A stretch of 62,445 bases of DNA, counting the filler, from Bilabrum cf. latius (lineage: Eukaryota): NCBI GenBank assembly GCA_965178125.1. It is 4 parts of 4 records of this genome, joined end to end, with 100 filler letters (N's around TTAATTAATTAA, not from the genome) between each part and the next. Parts side by side here need not be neighbours in the genome. Positions count along the whole stretch, not along the records: positions 1 to 29,863 come from CBCXTV010000017.1; 3 more parts are not named here. One strand, given 5' to 3'. Below, one piece after another: positions 10,501-18,904 of the stretch (positions are counted from its first letter, which is position 1; each line of letters starts with the position of its first letter). The position numbers and the translations under genes are program-made. The notes under the pieces were generated by a model. That model was given only the letters and a program-made list of their open reading frames with translations. It was not told the origin of the DNA and made no database searches.

Positions 10501-12195
10501 GCCCACTCATGGCGGCGCCGCGCCGATCGAGTCGCGCCGCGACGAGGCCGAGGGCAGGACCCTCCGGATTGCAGGCCCGACGCAAGACATAGGAGCCCCG
10601 TTGGCTTGATACGGGACATCCATGCCGATGACGACCTCTCGCCCGTGGATGCCATCACACTATCAGGACGTTGGGAAATGTTGACGAGGCATCCGCCAAA
10701 CGTTCGGACAGAAACGGTCGCCGCCTGTAGTTTCGCGTCGAAATCCGGTCCAGATGGCTCCGTGGATCTCATAGCAATGGCCCACACTCGGTTGTACGAG
10801 CGCGCCTCCCTGAGCCACGCTACCAGAACGCGCAGACCGCACGTCATTGGGACGACACGCGTCGAAGCCAATCACACGGATCACGCTCGGACACGGCACA
10901 TGAAGATCCACTTCGCGACGGACGGCGCCGTGGCACCGTACACCAGCAGCGCCGGCACGCCAGACGGCATGAAACCTGAAAGGGTCGGGACTCAGACTTC
11001 GACGTCAGATCTTTGGAGTTCAGGCGAAGCGGGCCAGACCCGCTTAGCTTCGGAGCACCGCGCTTACGAAGGATGCGACAACTCGCAGGAGGCCAGCCGT
11101 TCCGCTCATGACTTCAACGCTCCTCTCCTCTGCCGGTCGTGTGTCGCCGCACGCCCCCACGATTCTACCGACGAGGGTGTACTCGCCTCCGCACCGGTGG
11201 GCGCCTCCGCCGATGTGTTTGCGAGGGCGTTCCCGGATCCCATGGCGAAGCAGATGACCGACTCGAACGCCGTTGCACCCGACAAAATTGACCCGGAGAC
11301 CGACGTCGCCAGCTCTTGGACGACACGCGCTTCCGGTTCGGCGCCGACCAGGCCGAAATGTGCGCCATCGCGTTGCAGGCGACGGAATCAGGCAGGCGCA
11401 TACCGCAAGTGCGACCGATTCCTTCGCAGCGGAAGCAGCGCTTTGCTTCCGCGTGCGCACGTGTCATGGAAGGAGACACAGGCCCACGTTTGCGGTAAGG
11501 CCTCCGTCTCCGACCTCAACAACGCCGGCATCACCGAAAGTATCACGAAATCCTGCGTTTGTCGTCACAGCGTATGCATGGTGTGTAGTTGCTTCAACGA
11601 AAATGCCCTATTTCGTTGTGTTCCGCGCAGCGCCCAGTCGAAGCACGCTTGTAGCATGCCCACGCCGGGGCAGCATCCGTGCACGTGTAGTATGAGCGAC
11701 CGCGGCAAGACCGCGCTCAACGATTCGACGATCTTAGTCAGCATCACTGTGCACAGTTCTTGTACGCTTCGCGATGCGTTCATCTACTCGCTCGATTCCG
11801 TCTGGACCTTGACTGTAGACATTGATACAGCCATGGCACGCCGCATTGACGATGTCTGCGCCAAGGGCGCCACGAGCTCATTGCTCGGGCGTCATGCCAA
11901 AGATCGCGGTAGACCGCAAACGAACTCCGAACCAGTTCCGATCGGTGAGGAAAGGCTCAGGACCTTATCCCGTGTCGTTCCCCACGACGCGCTACCAGCT
12001 TGCCTAGCCAACGGCTGCGGACGCCCCTGGAGCGAATCCAAGGCCGCCGGTTTAGGCCACATTGCGGGCACGTCCTCGCAGTTTGCCCGTCACCTTCGAT
12101 CTCCGCGGCGCACTTGGCGGCGATTCGCGCCCGGTCCGGGCGACTTCGAGCGGTCACCGGCGCCGAGCACTTTGACGACAGCCAAAGCTTCGTGA
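1378..12195 (+). CDS. Giant (~3,605 aa) low-complexity hypothetical protein inside the LTR element, starting within the 5' LTR
   Basis: 10.8 kb without a stop, while other frames give at most ~390 aa. Internal tandem repeats are all multiples of 3. No RT, RNase H or integrase motifs recognised. Confidence 0.6.
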   Translation: MASSQSDHDTGQHVDGDGSSGATSKDEEIEVMGDESSATQVDPTILPPQPDVDTIPTFRIAGAQTGGHTGDGGGQLRLTDGPLNAAASRSSNLTLAQGRGSPQALHNGQATRQHEFQDACADVTTELGSAVSLEVASLQRGEGQAASEVENFRAVESAAVRALSHAPFPGRQHAAVERSHDELALSPNGTRSRRAFVSTSPTTTNTPTQPSTRPTLIRLAVGGTTPWSRPPRHRPTSGGAASGKRPSAGPEIPNSMTHSGADGPRPGLRAAMVTPRSVVCQLVGDLDRETFDAFSTTDFGGRTADGKAFKAPDHPERERRRHLPEARPKHAARLDDISEVNHAIRECGRLQPDPNATADLVETCLDVRVQVHAPTRTHHSSSGSDPMWAPRETQDFKAKTAEKQLAMFLDDPPDYPWFFDDPAKSGHTAGRWVRQRPRPRRRLVLAQVDGTDADAALTPACPFLQGSLDIPTIPTSGAADARPLTADGCQTGTANSRRQRTSAALGGWTSRAREMPCGAMANASSACERVGRTLLGGATSPIVAFQDVAADRAHDEGQKATSFRSVPREIHASQLKPHASNEACSQTLRRREQALVEVSGSERCRDAHADAQPVKARDRLASETASYRHAHDEATAHHDVATLLPPSCRTVPPSALPHGTALVLALNGPTALHFVPPRASSSTAPAGAGAPDGARGRLSTCPLDCPVSNLSIDCRPVHGSMPLPCDGSATARLDSKRFRAVLAPTSSVATTTCDHGESSEAVVSTHRHDDRLPAETCTERATKEDNDVDGHTGTCDANETENNPEAARRVAERVATRARAVEAFSAAPGLGAEGRYGGLVDGARSDAAADADDGDPTMVTQRLGTAGPCPHAGRERLKNEPGRRILPAQPAPGWAKESGKRIPQVRPIPPPCCLDAPNTGPTSLLTQTRNGSARDLVGRRPAPERDHVLLSRSGLAVRPMPHHFRPLPVTKSKVIARSRPPGHSVRSSTDNVSDAVGGRKTKRQTQLADMPSTFTSIAIALLALLVSLLVFRSTVVLPARSRGGCHGANSTCVVRISLETSEDPRAFDQRLAWGALKQIRTAATLPYASLDEGASPFVPARTRAEIEVADAGHSFDRPPADDDGDEPQVSAGDICTAILAAFDVPPPLAAAEFVAVNDVVRVPPPTLMAVGITRPPFAVSSATRRSGSTPKAATFESCMFVHSAAGFAAADDDACVCSYVSRPGSMPGHSDLLLHADVPKEVEAPDAAREAPTEASARGHMSYSLGPRGGCSTITLLASTWYHSRDDQRVPSRGALPASTLYPLRADQRVPRSGKRVQPAVRPAAARAAASPFAEKGASSFVPAPVRVEPSGASSFVPAPLRVEPPGASSFVPAPVRVEPPGASSFVPAPVRVEPSGASSFVAAPLRVEPPGASSFVPAPVRVETSGASSFVPARASAEAEDARVHVGDDLMRLPEERMILPVRLSHLHDGHSNNFVVQRPAVALGRDGQTRQWSRCSRHDVAAGSLETAVGHERVRRQAWRRTERAVETGDCGGFVVQRPGEGQFLGRGRYRFHGDPESDHVFRIHLRRLDLRGHGTVYWASSTDTWVGTPGASSFVPVRARAEPPRSRPLRFRSADDLSNFEHGAEYQLTPVIVYPTALDGTWPRRPVAQFLSFVHAAAEFAAADDEERERPLVDDAVEPRALAEGAPAAVPAEADVPLPPPAVAEAAAVADDGDEGMRLPVERTVLPVRPSHVRDDHGENFVVRHGRRLLTPLRFGSLAESGPERRAGDQPVRGVVEATLSDGTRPRRPAVRSLPRVHCSDSGPCQRAAPALKPEEDLDSPLVDEAAVSLRRDCPREDEEDDDGDSTPGSDPRDEDDEDEEGDYGGDDGPLLSEEQDENRGMATKEEPKADAKGQLQEEELLLAARAHTTPALLTPKYEHHDPLSVGPVLLRSLALDPSVALPATHQQWRSPALRSVAAFAFRGRRPPTPRAATCEQDPTIGCSTLRRAPTRGLGPTDGCSTVRRIPAGLRSAPSTPFPDCYSIPLSSGTAPQAWGATPCHAADGTEPCTVAGASRRPIRAGSATSVVGTAAYSKVVLEDACPIGARRDTANHVEVVDRPSVLPNGRARLDVFMIGTMRIRLSEKPDRSPQMTNTHRALLILCPPVGTSARADSSNSPPVDALAFADRSNSPPVDALACADSSNSPPVDALAFADRSNSPPVDALACADRSNRPPVDALACADRFNSPPVGASARAYNFDSSLVDVSIFADYTARPPVDISGCAGEPARRPMDDPRDPDKVPSADNLLRLHVGRLDHPATDVLPVAFASQDEPRPLPEFADVAREAVNLDEVFAVTKPTGPPIDDFPDLLGDALEEVSTDRAESQLLADLVVRPAAVDDVSRADGTPGSLAHSVTTTSERPAGDDASEPAVASSIAVPLHSFTARRLLPIEYAPLRVRVGLEAGPSATTAADTADEECDEHVDAQVPLELSTYVDLAPHLRQGAGWSRHRLTLNPLSTLLTPSRGRATLDTRKQDVSSGAPVHLALVARAFPPRLERGVSVLSCFLAGFGRFQGSTTVHVARPPPPLCPSTATLDAAPLCYIVRTACGSDCSGGVQMPTTDTRDEPDDSPVEAFAPPPGVAFYVAAVVWPRNKLLQSSMGDAHNPPAARHEAIPPAGAAVAAPIGTAGVFDDARALGDEAGRPLRATHIHTPSGKDSAAKRSSDDGQRGPPPPPADDDDHDDHYGHDDHDNDDDHDGHDSHDDHDNHDDHDDHDDHNDHDDRDDRARKTDGPPVDSTASPRTVAADRPFEDCACDPPEVPRETVRDRSARDDVLELPVTLGVVVLPHPSEHDPVHPIRDSRAVDAVAPRVGPAVAAPAVAAIGGKPENFTYDPLAGPGTTILERLFEDALRRLPDAVCVAAFLRPVGRACVAFGSLVPHTVRRHGPSRSAPHRAAPDVGHPASGAIAGATGRRHFLRFAFYHVGRISHRQVDLGSAVPRSVFDSIAHSTVPGRDKDPDAHVFRAPLRRLDLRSNGQHNAGYRGAVHLVRTNSTCFCLDAHSWRRRADRVAPRRGRGQDPPDCRPDARHRSPVGLIRDIHADDDLSPVDAITLSGRWEMLTRHPPNVRTETVAACSFASKSGPDGSVDLIAMAHTRLYERASLSHATRTRRPHVIGTTRVEANHTDHARTRHMKIHFATDGAVAPYTSSAGTPDGMKPERVGTQTSTSDLWSSGEAGQTRLASEHRAYEGCDNSQEASRSAHDFNAPLLCRSCVAARPHDSTDEGVLASAPVGASADVFARAFPDPMAKQMTDSNAVAPDKIDPETDVASSWTTRASGSAPTRPKCAPSRCRRRNQAGAYRKCDRFLRSGSSALLPRAHVSWKETQAHVCGKASVSDLNNAGITESITKSCVCRHSVCMVCSCFNENALFRCVPRSAQSKHACSMPTPGQHPCTCSMSDRGKTALNDSTILVSITVHSSCTLRDAFIYSLDSVWTLTVDIDTAMARRIDDVCAKGATSSLLGRHAKDRGRPQTNSEPVPIGEERLRTLSRVVPHDALPACLANGCGRPWSESKAAGLGHIAGTSSQFARHLRSPRRTWRRFAPGPGDFERSPAPSTLTTAKAS
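1572..1589 (+). promoter_or_regulatory. Primer-binding site TGGTGGACACACTGGGGA (complement of a tRNA 3' end, possibly tRNA-Ala)
   Basis: Starts with TGG 3 nt after the LTR-terminal CA. Absent after the 3' LTR. Confidence 0.7.
5386..5678 (+). repeat. 45-bp coding minisatellite (GASSFVPAPVRVEPS/P), ~6.5 copies
   Basis: GGGGCGAGCTCGTTCGTCCCGGCGCCCGTGCGCGTCGAACCATCG repeated. Confidence 0.9.
7840..8090 (+). repeat. 42-bp coding minisatellite (ADS/RSNSPPVDALAF/C), ~6 copies
   Basis: GCCGACAGTTCCAACAGTCCGCCCGTGGACGCATTGGCCTTT repeated. Confidence 0.9.
9532..9678 (+). repeat. 9-bp GACGACCAC-type repeat encoding an Asp/His tract
   Basis: DDDDHDDHYGHDDHDNDDDHDGHDSHDDHDNHDDHDDHDDHNDHDD in the giant ORF. 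Confidence 0.85.
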
Positions 12196-12775
12196 TGCGC
12201 AGCGGGCAGCACGTTCCGACCCGCTTGCGAGTACTCCACGATTCGGCGTCGCGAACGTACGTGACTCGCGTAGCACTGCACCGCAGCTGTCCCCTTCCGA
12301 CGAGGGAAGCTTTGCAGTTGGGAAGACGACTTTTGCAGCGCGCTTGGAGAGGACCTTTCCTCGAGAACCGCACAGCCGACCCCATCGACAGACCGACCTG
12401 GAGAGCATCATTTTGAAAGAGCAGCTCGACCGCCTCGCAGGCCGCATCGGTCGCTTGCAGTTCCGCGGAAGAGACCCCATACCGCTTTTGATGAAGATCA
12501 GCCGCCACATCGTTGCGCTTTGTGACGCGTCGGCTTAGGACCAATGAAGGGTGAAGGCGACGAACAACGACGTGATGCTCGTTGACAGCGCCGAATATTG
12601 ATGCGTCGCACAGCGCCGTGCCGTTCACGGGCGCTCTGAGCAGCGACGCGATGAGCAATGACGTGACGTGCGATGACGCGACGGGTCCTCGACCCGCCGT
12701 ACTTCGACGACTGCGGCGTGATCCAGGCCGCGCCGCGCCCGCTTTGTTCGTATAGAGTGGCCCTCGCCCCGCGTC

Positions 12776-12797
12776 GAGGGGGCGACGGCCAGGGGGA
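12776..12797 (+). promoter_or_regulatory. Polypurine-tract-like sequence
   Basis: Purine-rich GAGGGGGCGACGGCCAGGGGGA just before the 3' LTR. Confidence 0.55.
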
Positions 12798-12800
12798 TGC

Positions 12801-13488
12801 TGTGTTCCTCGTGCGCCCAAAGCGTCGCACCCAAAGCGTGCGCCATGCGCAGTCGCGTCAGTCGCGTCAAAGCGACAAAGAGCGAAACCGTGTGACGTAC
12901 AATCTGCTGTTAGAGTCGTTGCGTCTCGTCGGACCCGCAGCACCTTGTGATGCACAGATGTTCAGTTCCTTTTTGTCACCACGCGCTCCGAACTTCGAGC
13001 AGTTCGTCGCCGCTCCGTGAGCACTTGCATGTCTGCATGTCATATCAATTCGAAGCCGTTGGGCTGAAGCGAGGCCGCAGTCTCGCTCTCAGGGCTCAGC
13101 GCTCAGGCTCAGAGTCGAGGGCAGACCTTGTCAGGATCGGTGGCGGATAGGCGAAGACGGCTGGAAGATCAGCCGACCGCGAAGGCACAAGGCTGCGACC
13201 GTGTGCCCCCGCTTCTGCGTTAGCACTGATTCCCTGACACTGCGAAGCCCGCGCCCCCTCGCGTGCACAAAGAGCCCGTTCGCGCACGCTCGGCCATGGC
13301 GTCTTCGCAGAGTGATCATGACACGGGTCAGCATGTTGATGGAGATGGTTCGAGTGGTGCGACATCGAAGGACGAAGAGATGGAAGTGATGGGAGACGAA
13401 AGTAAGCGCTACTCAGGTGGACCCTACCATCTTGCCTCCGCAAACCCGATGTAGACACGATCCCCACTTTTCGTATTGCCGGAGCACA
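12801..13488 (+). repeat. 3' LTR
   Basis: Copy of 886-1568 with a handful of substitutions and 1-bp indels. Confidence 0.85.
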
Positions 13489-13570
13489 AAAAATAGCACT
13501 CGCGCGATGTCCGCTCTCGCATGCATCATGCCGCAGGTACGGTAGTAGTAGCAAGAACACATGTATGACG

Positions 13571-13770
13571 ACACACACACACACAACCAAACACATGGAT
13601 GCGCGGCGCTTGTTTGCAGCAAGGTTGCAACGAGTCGCGCTGCGATCACACACACACACTCCACGCACGCACGCACCGCACCGCGCACAACACACACGCG
13701 CCGCACGCACGCACGCACGCACGCACGCGCGCACGCACGCACGCATGCACACACACACACACGCATGCAC
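13571..13770. repeat. (CA)n/(CACG)n microsatellite
   Basis: Direct reading. Confidence 0.9.
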
Positions 13771-13869
13771 GCGGCCCGACGCGACCGACATTGAAGACCC
13801 ATGGCGGGCGGGCGCGCCGGCAGGCTGCAACGGCGCGATCGGCGCGCCCAGAGCGGGGGCAAGCGGGCT

Positions 13870-14040
13870 TGGGCCCGGGCCCGGGCCCGGGCCCGGCCCG
13901 GGCCCGGGCCCGGGCCCGGGCCCGGGCCCGGGCCCGGGCCCGGGCCCGGGCCCGGCCCGGGGCCCGGGCTTGGGCCCGGGTTTGGGCCCGAACCCGGGCC
14001 CGGGCCCGGGCCCACGCTTGGGCCTTGGCCCGGGCCCCGG
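13870..14040. repeat. (CCCGGG)n simple repeat
   Basis: Direct reading. Confidence 0.9.
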
Positions 14041-14181
14041 CCAATTTGTCGTTGTCTCAAGCGGTCTTTCTCGAAATCTCTCTCTCTGGCCGGTTCTCTT
14101 GTCGGTGCGGGCATTCGTCGGTGGGGGTTCTTGTCGGTGCGGGCTATTGTCGGTGAGGAGCGTCGCATCCATTGCGCATTA

Positions 14182-14595
14182 CTCCAGGTTGGTGAATTCG
14201 GGGTAAGTCGCCCGTCCCGCCGGTCGGCCGGCCCAAAAGTTGGCCGAAGTTAGGCCGAACTTTGGCCGACTCGGGCCGATGTTTGGCCGGTTTGGGCCGA
14301 TTTTTTGGCCGATGCTCGCAAAATGCGGCGAAGATCTTCCAAATTGTCGCCCGAATCGGCCAAAATTTCGGCCAAACTCATTCCAAATCGGCCCCAGTCG
14401 CCCCACATCGGCCCAAATTTTGTGCAACTCGGCCAAAGTTCGGCCCAAATCGGCCAAAAATCGGCCAAATTTCGGCCCAGATCGCCCAAACCGGCCAACA
14501 TTCGGCTTAATTGGGCCCAAATTTGGCCAAATCTCGGGCCGGCCGGGCATGCGGAACGCCGACTTATCCCGGAACCCTTACGAGCCAACCTGGAG
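14182..14595. mobile_element. MITE family A, degenerate copy, filled with 10-11-bp GGCC-AAATT satellite
   Basis: TA|CTCCAGGTTGG...CCAACCTGGAG|TA termini. Homologous to 18905-19474. Confidence 0.7.
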
Positions 14596-14759
14596 TAAGC
14601 CGCCCCCAGGACGAGTCTTGTTGGGCGTCGCGAGCTTGAAGACTTTGAGGTGCACGGAACCTGGAGCAAGATGTGAAATACGGTGGGGGTCGGGGGGGGG
14701 TCCCCGGGATCGGGGGGCACCCGGGAGGCGGGGGGGGGGTTGGGCGGTTTTTGGGGGCA

Positions 14760-15044
14760 ACTTCGGCCGATTCTGGACGATTTCGGCCAATTCTGGGCGA
14801 TTTTGGCCGATTCTGGGGCGATGTTGGCCAATTCTGGGCGATTTTGGCCGATTCTGGGCGATTTCGGCCATATCTGGGCGATTTCGGCCAATTCAGGGCG
14901 ATTTGTGGCCGATTCTGGGCGATGTTGGCCGATTTTGGGCGATGTTGGCCGATTCTGGGCGATTTTGGGCCAATTCTGGGCGATTTGCGGCCTATTCTGG
15001 GCGATTTGGGCCAATTCTTGGCGATTTGGGCCAATTCTGGGCGA
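14760..15044. repeat. 10-11-bp periodic satellite (GGCCGATTCTGGGCGATTTT-like)
   Basis: Direct reading. A similar tract is at 18415-18585. Confidence 0.85.
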
Positions 15045-15046
15045 TA

Positions 15047-15410
15047 CGGTAGGTGGACGAAAAGGTGAAACCCACGGGTGATGCGAATGTCTTCACGGGA
15101 GTCAAGCGCGCAATGTCTCTGGTGTGCATACTTGAGAACCATGGATCTGGGTGGAAAACAGAAAATGGCCCTGAAATAGGTCGCCGTGGCTCGGATTTTG
15201 ATGTGGGTTTGTGCAACCTGCACTGTTTTTTGCGGAGAATCTCGCCACGGGGGTTTCGCCCCGATTCGGCGAAGCCAGACCCCCCCAAAATCCAAATCAC
15301 GTGTTTTTGCAAAACGGGGAGTTCCCCAAAAACCAACGGAATTCTCCAAACACCGGATATGATGAAAGCATCTAGTATCAACGGGTTTCACCTTTTCGTC
15401 CACCTACCCG
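15047..15410. mobile_element. MITE with 26-bp terminal inverted repeats
   Basis: GGTAGGTGGACGAAAAGGTGAAACCC at 15048 and its exact reverse complement at 15383-15408. TA on the left side. Confidence 0.75.
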
Positions 15411-15558
15411 CATCGAACATGGTTTTCCACGTGCTCTTTCACGGGAAGTGCAAGTTGAAACGTGACCCTTTGCAGTTTTCAGTGATGCCCTCAGACCCAG
15501 GCGCAGCCCAGCATTCCATTGGATTCCAGGAGGCCCTCCAATTCGGACAAGAATCATA

Positions 15559-15997
15559 AGGAGGTATTGGGGGTGGGTCATATTGGGGTGCACTGCGTGT
15601 AAGTTGCGGCTCGTGCTATTTGCCGAATGTTGCCGATTTATGCAGATTGTTGCTAACTTGTGCAGATTTTTTGCAAATTTGGGTAAACTGTTCGGGTTAA
15701 TTTTCCGGGGGTCGAACTTTTTGGGGCGGATTTTTTTCCAAATTCCCCCCGAAATTTCGAAAACTCGCCCCGGAGGCCGTTTTCGCCACCCCGGGAGTGT
15801 TTTTTTCGGATTCCTCGTGCTTTTCTCATTAATTTGGTCGGCTTTTCATCCATTTTCGCCCAATCTGGGCCCTGTTCGGCCTATTTCTTGTCTTTTTGGG
15901 GCATCGCTGTCCTATTTCCTAGACAAAAAGCACGAGATTCATGATTTGCAAAGCACGCACACTGCACCCTAATATGACTGAACACTAATACCTTCCG
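15559..15997. mobile_element. Degenerate MITE
   Basis: Left GGAGGTATT...GTCATATTGGGGTGCA matches the reverse complement of right TGCACCCTAATATGAC...AATACCTTCC. Confidence 0.5.
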
Positions 15998-16096
15998 ATG
16001 AAAGAACACGGTTTGGGGGCACCCATGGAGAACAGGCCAAAAGTGGTTCTAAAGGACCACCAGAGTTCTTAATGATAGGGCAGCTCGGGCACAATA

Positions 16097-16568
16097 CGGG
16101 CCCGGTTTCTTATGATAAAGACTTTTCTCTGGCGAGCCCCTGGCAATTTCTTATTCGGGGGCCCAGAATAGGAAATCTTTGGGCCGACCCAGGGGCCGGA
16201 TTTAAGAAGTTGCTCTTTTGACGGCCGCGTTGAACCCCGGAATTGACCACCCCCTCCGTCGCGGTTCCTATAGAATCTGGCCGATCAGACCCCTGGGCAG
16301 CCAGATGGCGCCGAGACCCCCAGAACCGGATTCCTTGCATCGCGGCATCACCAAAGATGGGACTTTCGTCGAAATCCGAGCCAGGAGGGCCGTGTTCAGA
16401 GCGATTTTCCCGAAAATCCATGGATTTTCGGAAAAATCGCTCTGAACACGGCCCTCTTGGCTCGGATTTCGACGAAAATCCCATCTTGGGCGCGAGGGTC
16501 GCTAAGAAATGGGACCGATCGAGGGTATGCTTTCTTAACGTATCATTTCTTGTATGAAACCGGCCCCG
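16097..16568. mobile_element. MITE family C copy 1, containing a ~137-bp palindrome
   Basis: TA|CGGGCCCGGTTTC...GAAACCGGCCCCG|TA. Subterminal regions are homologous to 16932-17619. Confidence 0.7.
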
Positions 16569-16931
16569 TAACCAGAGAGCGTTGCACCCATTGCGGGGAA
16601 CATTTTCCGCGATAGTTTCAAACCTTGCGTTTTCTTGGAAGAAACTCGTTTCCCTGAACATGGTCGAGCTCCAGAAAAAAAAAAAAGAAAAAAAAAGAAG
16701 AAAAAAAAAAGAAAAAAAAAAAGTACACCCACACGCACAAAAAGTGAGCTTGCAGAAGATGGTCGCGCCCAGCGAGTGCTTCCTTGATTCCTCGTGCTTT
16801 TCTTGATGACGTTGGCCGGATTCTCGTTCTGTTTGGTCAAGCCTGGGCCGGTTTCGGGCTTGTTTTGGATGATTTCGTAATTGTAAATTCCCTCTCATTG
16901 AGAGTTCCCTATCATTCCGGAATTTCAAGTA

Positions 16932-17619
16932 CGGGGTTGGTTTTCTATAAGATTTTTTTTTCCTGGCCAGCCCCTGGAAATTTCTTATTTAGGGGCCCAA
17001 AATAAGAAATTTTCGGGCCGTTCCAGGGGCCGAATTTAAGAAATTGCTGAACATATGTGGGATGGATGCAAAACCACCAGGGGGAAAAAAAACGAGGTTC
17101 TCTCGCAGGAGCCGCCCGCCCCAAAAAAAAACAAAAAAAAGAAGAAAACAACAGGGGGACAAAAAAAGAAAAAGAAAAAGAAAAAAGAAAAAAGAAAAAA
17201 GAAAAAAAGAAAAAAGAAAAAATAAAAAGAAAAAAGAAAAAAGAACAAAAAAAGAAGAAAAAAGAAAAAAGAAAAAAGAAAAAAGAAAAAAGAAAAAGAA
17301 AAAAGAAAAAAGAAAAAAGAAAAAAGAAAAAATAAAAAAGAAAAGAAGAAAAAAATAAAAAAGGAAAGGAAGGAAAAGAAAAAGAACAAGAGAAATAAAA
17401 AGAAAAAGAAAAAGAAAAAAAAAAGAAAAAAGAAGAAGAAGAAGGGAAACAAAAACGAAAAGAAAAAAGAAAGAAGAAGAAGAAGAAGAACAAAAAAAAG
17501 GAAAAAAAAGGAAACAACAAAAACATGGAAAAAACAGACGACCCAGGGTCGCTAAGAAATTTGGCCGATTCAGGGGTCTAATTTCTTAACGGGTAATTTC
17601 TTATCATAAACCGACCCCG
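16932..17619. mobile_element. MITE family C copy 2, filled with an A-rich polypurine tract (~17120-17520)
   Basis: TA|CGGGGTTGGTTT...AAACCGACCCCG|TA. Confidence 0.7.
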
Positions 17620-17744
17620 TAGGTCCGGCCGCCCAACTACCTGTGGAAGCGGGAGAAACTTGGCCAAACCCCGATTTGCGCCAGGGGGAGCCATGTTTTC
17701 GCCATCTTACGTTGGGGTGTGCAATCAAACTTCCGGCGCAATTC

Positions 17745-17820
17745 AACTTCCGGTGCAATTGAACTTCCCCGAGCCCGGGCCCGGGCCCGGGCCCGCGGAA
17801 GTTCAATTGCACCGAAAGTT
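17745..17820. repeat. 24-bp inverted repeat enclosing (CCCGGG)n
   Basis: AACTTCCGGTGCAATTGAACTTCC ... GGAAGTTCAATTGCACCGAAAGTT. Confidence 0.8.
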
Positions 17821-17944
17821 CACCAGATCCAGCGTTTGTTCGTGAAAGCACGGCCCGCATTCGGCCAAAGCAGCTCAACAACAGCGACTAAGATGGCTCA
17901 AACAGGTTCCCGGCCCAACTTGTGCACGAGCAGCGCAAAGCATC

Positions 17945-18300
17945 TCCCAACCCTCCCGGCAACCTTCCCGGCAACCATACCCCCCAACCCCCTCCCCTCG
18001 CTCTTGACAACCTTCCCAGCAACCCTCCCCAACTTTCTCCCAACCTCCCGGCCCGGGACTCCCGGCAACCCTCCCGGCAACCCTCCCGGCAAACCTCCCG
18101 GCAAACCTCCCCCAACCCTCTCCCAAACCCTCCGGCAACCCTCCCTGGCAACCCTCCCCCAACCCCCATCCAACCCTCTTGGCAACGCTGCCGGCAACCC
18201 TCCCCCAACCCTCTCCCAACCCTCCAGCAAACCTCCCCGCGGCCTCCGGCAGCCTCCCGGCAGCCCTCCCCGAACACTTTCCCAACCCCTCCTAGCAACC
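17945..18300. repeat. 12-bp CCCGGCAACCCT-like minisatellite (resumes ~18705-18775)
   Basis: Direct reading. Confidence 0.8.
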
Positions 18301-18314
18301 CTTGGGTACCGTCT

Positions 18315-18691
18315 GGGGGTCAGCTCTATAGAGGGGGGTGTAGAAGTCCCCGGTGAGGGGGGTCTGGGGGGTCCCCGGTGTCGGGGGGCGGGGTTTGGGG
18401 CGGTTTCGGGGCAACTTCGGCCGATTCTGGCGATTTCGGCCAGATCTGGGCGAGTTCGGCCAATTCTGGGCGATTTTTCGGCCAGTTCTGGGGCGATGTT
18501 GGCCGATTTTGGGCGATTTGGGGCCGATTCCGGGGCCAATTCTGGGCGATTTGGGCCACTTCTGGGCGATTTGGCAGATCCTGGGCAGTTGCCACAGGGG
18601 GCGGTCAAGGGGGACCCTCCGAGACTTTGTTGGAAACCCCCGCGACCCCCCCCATTCGACCTTCTATAGAGGGAGTCCGGAGCTGACCCCC
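18315..18691. mobile_element. Inverted-repeat-bounded insertion in the minisatellite
   Basis: GGGGGTCAGCTC / GAGCTGACCCCC ends. Internal satellite is related to 14690-15044. Confidence 0.5.
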
Positions 18692-18904
18692 CGCCGGCAC
18701 CCAAAGCAACGCTCCTGGCAACCCGCCCCCAACCCTCGCCCAACCCTCCTGGCAATCCTCCTGCCAGCCCTCGCGGCATCTCTCCCGAGCCGGGCCCCGG
18801 GGCACAGGGGCCCGTGCCCGGGCCGGGGGGGGAGAGGGGGCGGGGGGGTCCGAATGGATGGCAAAGTCCTCCGGAAGGGATGTCAGTCGAACCCACAGTG
18901 CGTA

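Larger units (their letters stand above)
886..13488 (+). mobile_element. LTR element (non-autonomous/LARD-like) carrying one giant ORF
   Basis: ~685-bp direct repeats at both ends with TGTGTTCC...GGAGCACA termini. PBS follows the 5' repeat and a purine tract precedes the 3' repeat. Confidence 0.85.

Noticed and set aside
11790-11850. WTLTVDIDTAM as a copia RT motif
   Set aside because: Isolated resemblance with no downstream LYG or YVDD motifs.
881-13500. Target-site duplication for the LTR element
   Set aside because: Flanks (CGCGT versus AAAAA) do not match, and the protease does not clearly resume after the 3' LTR.
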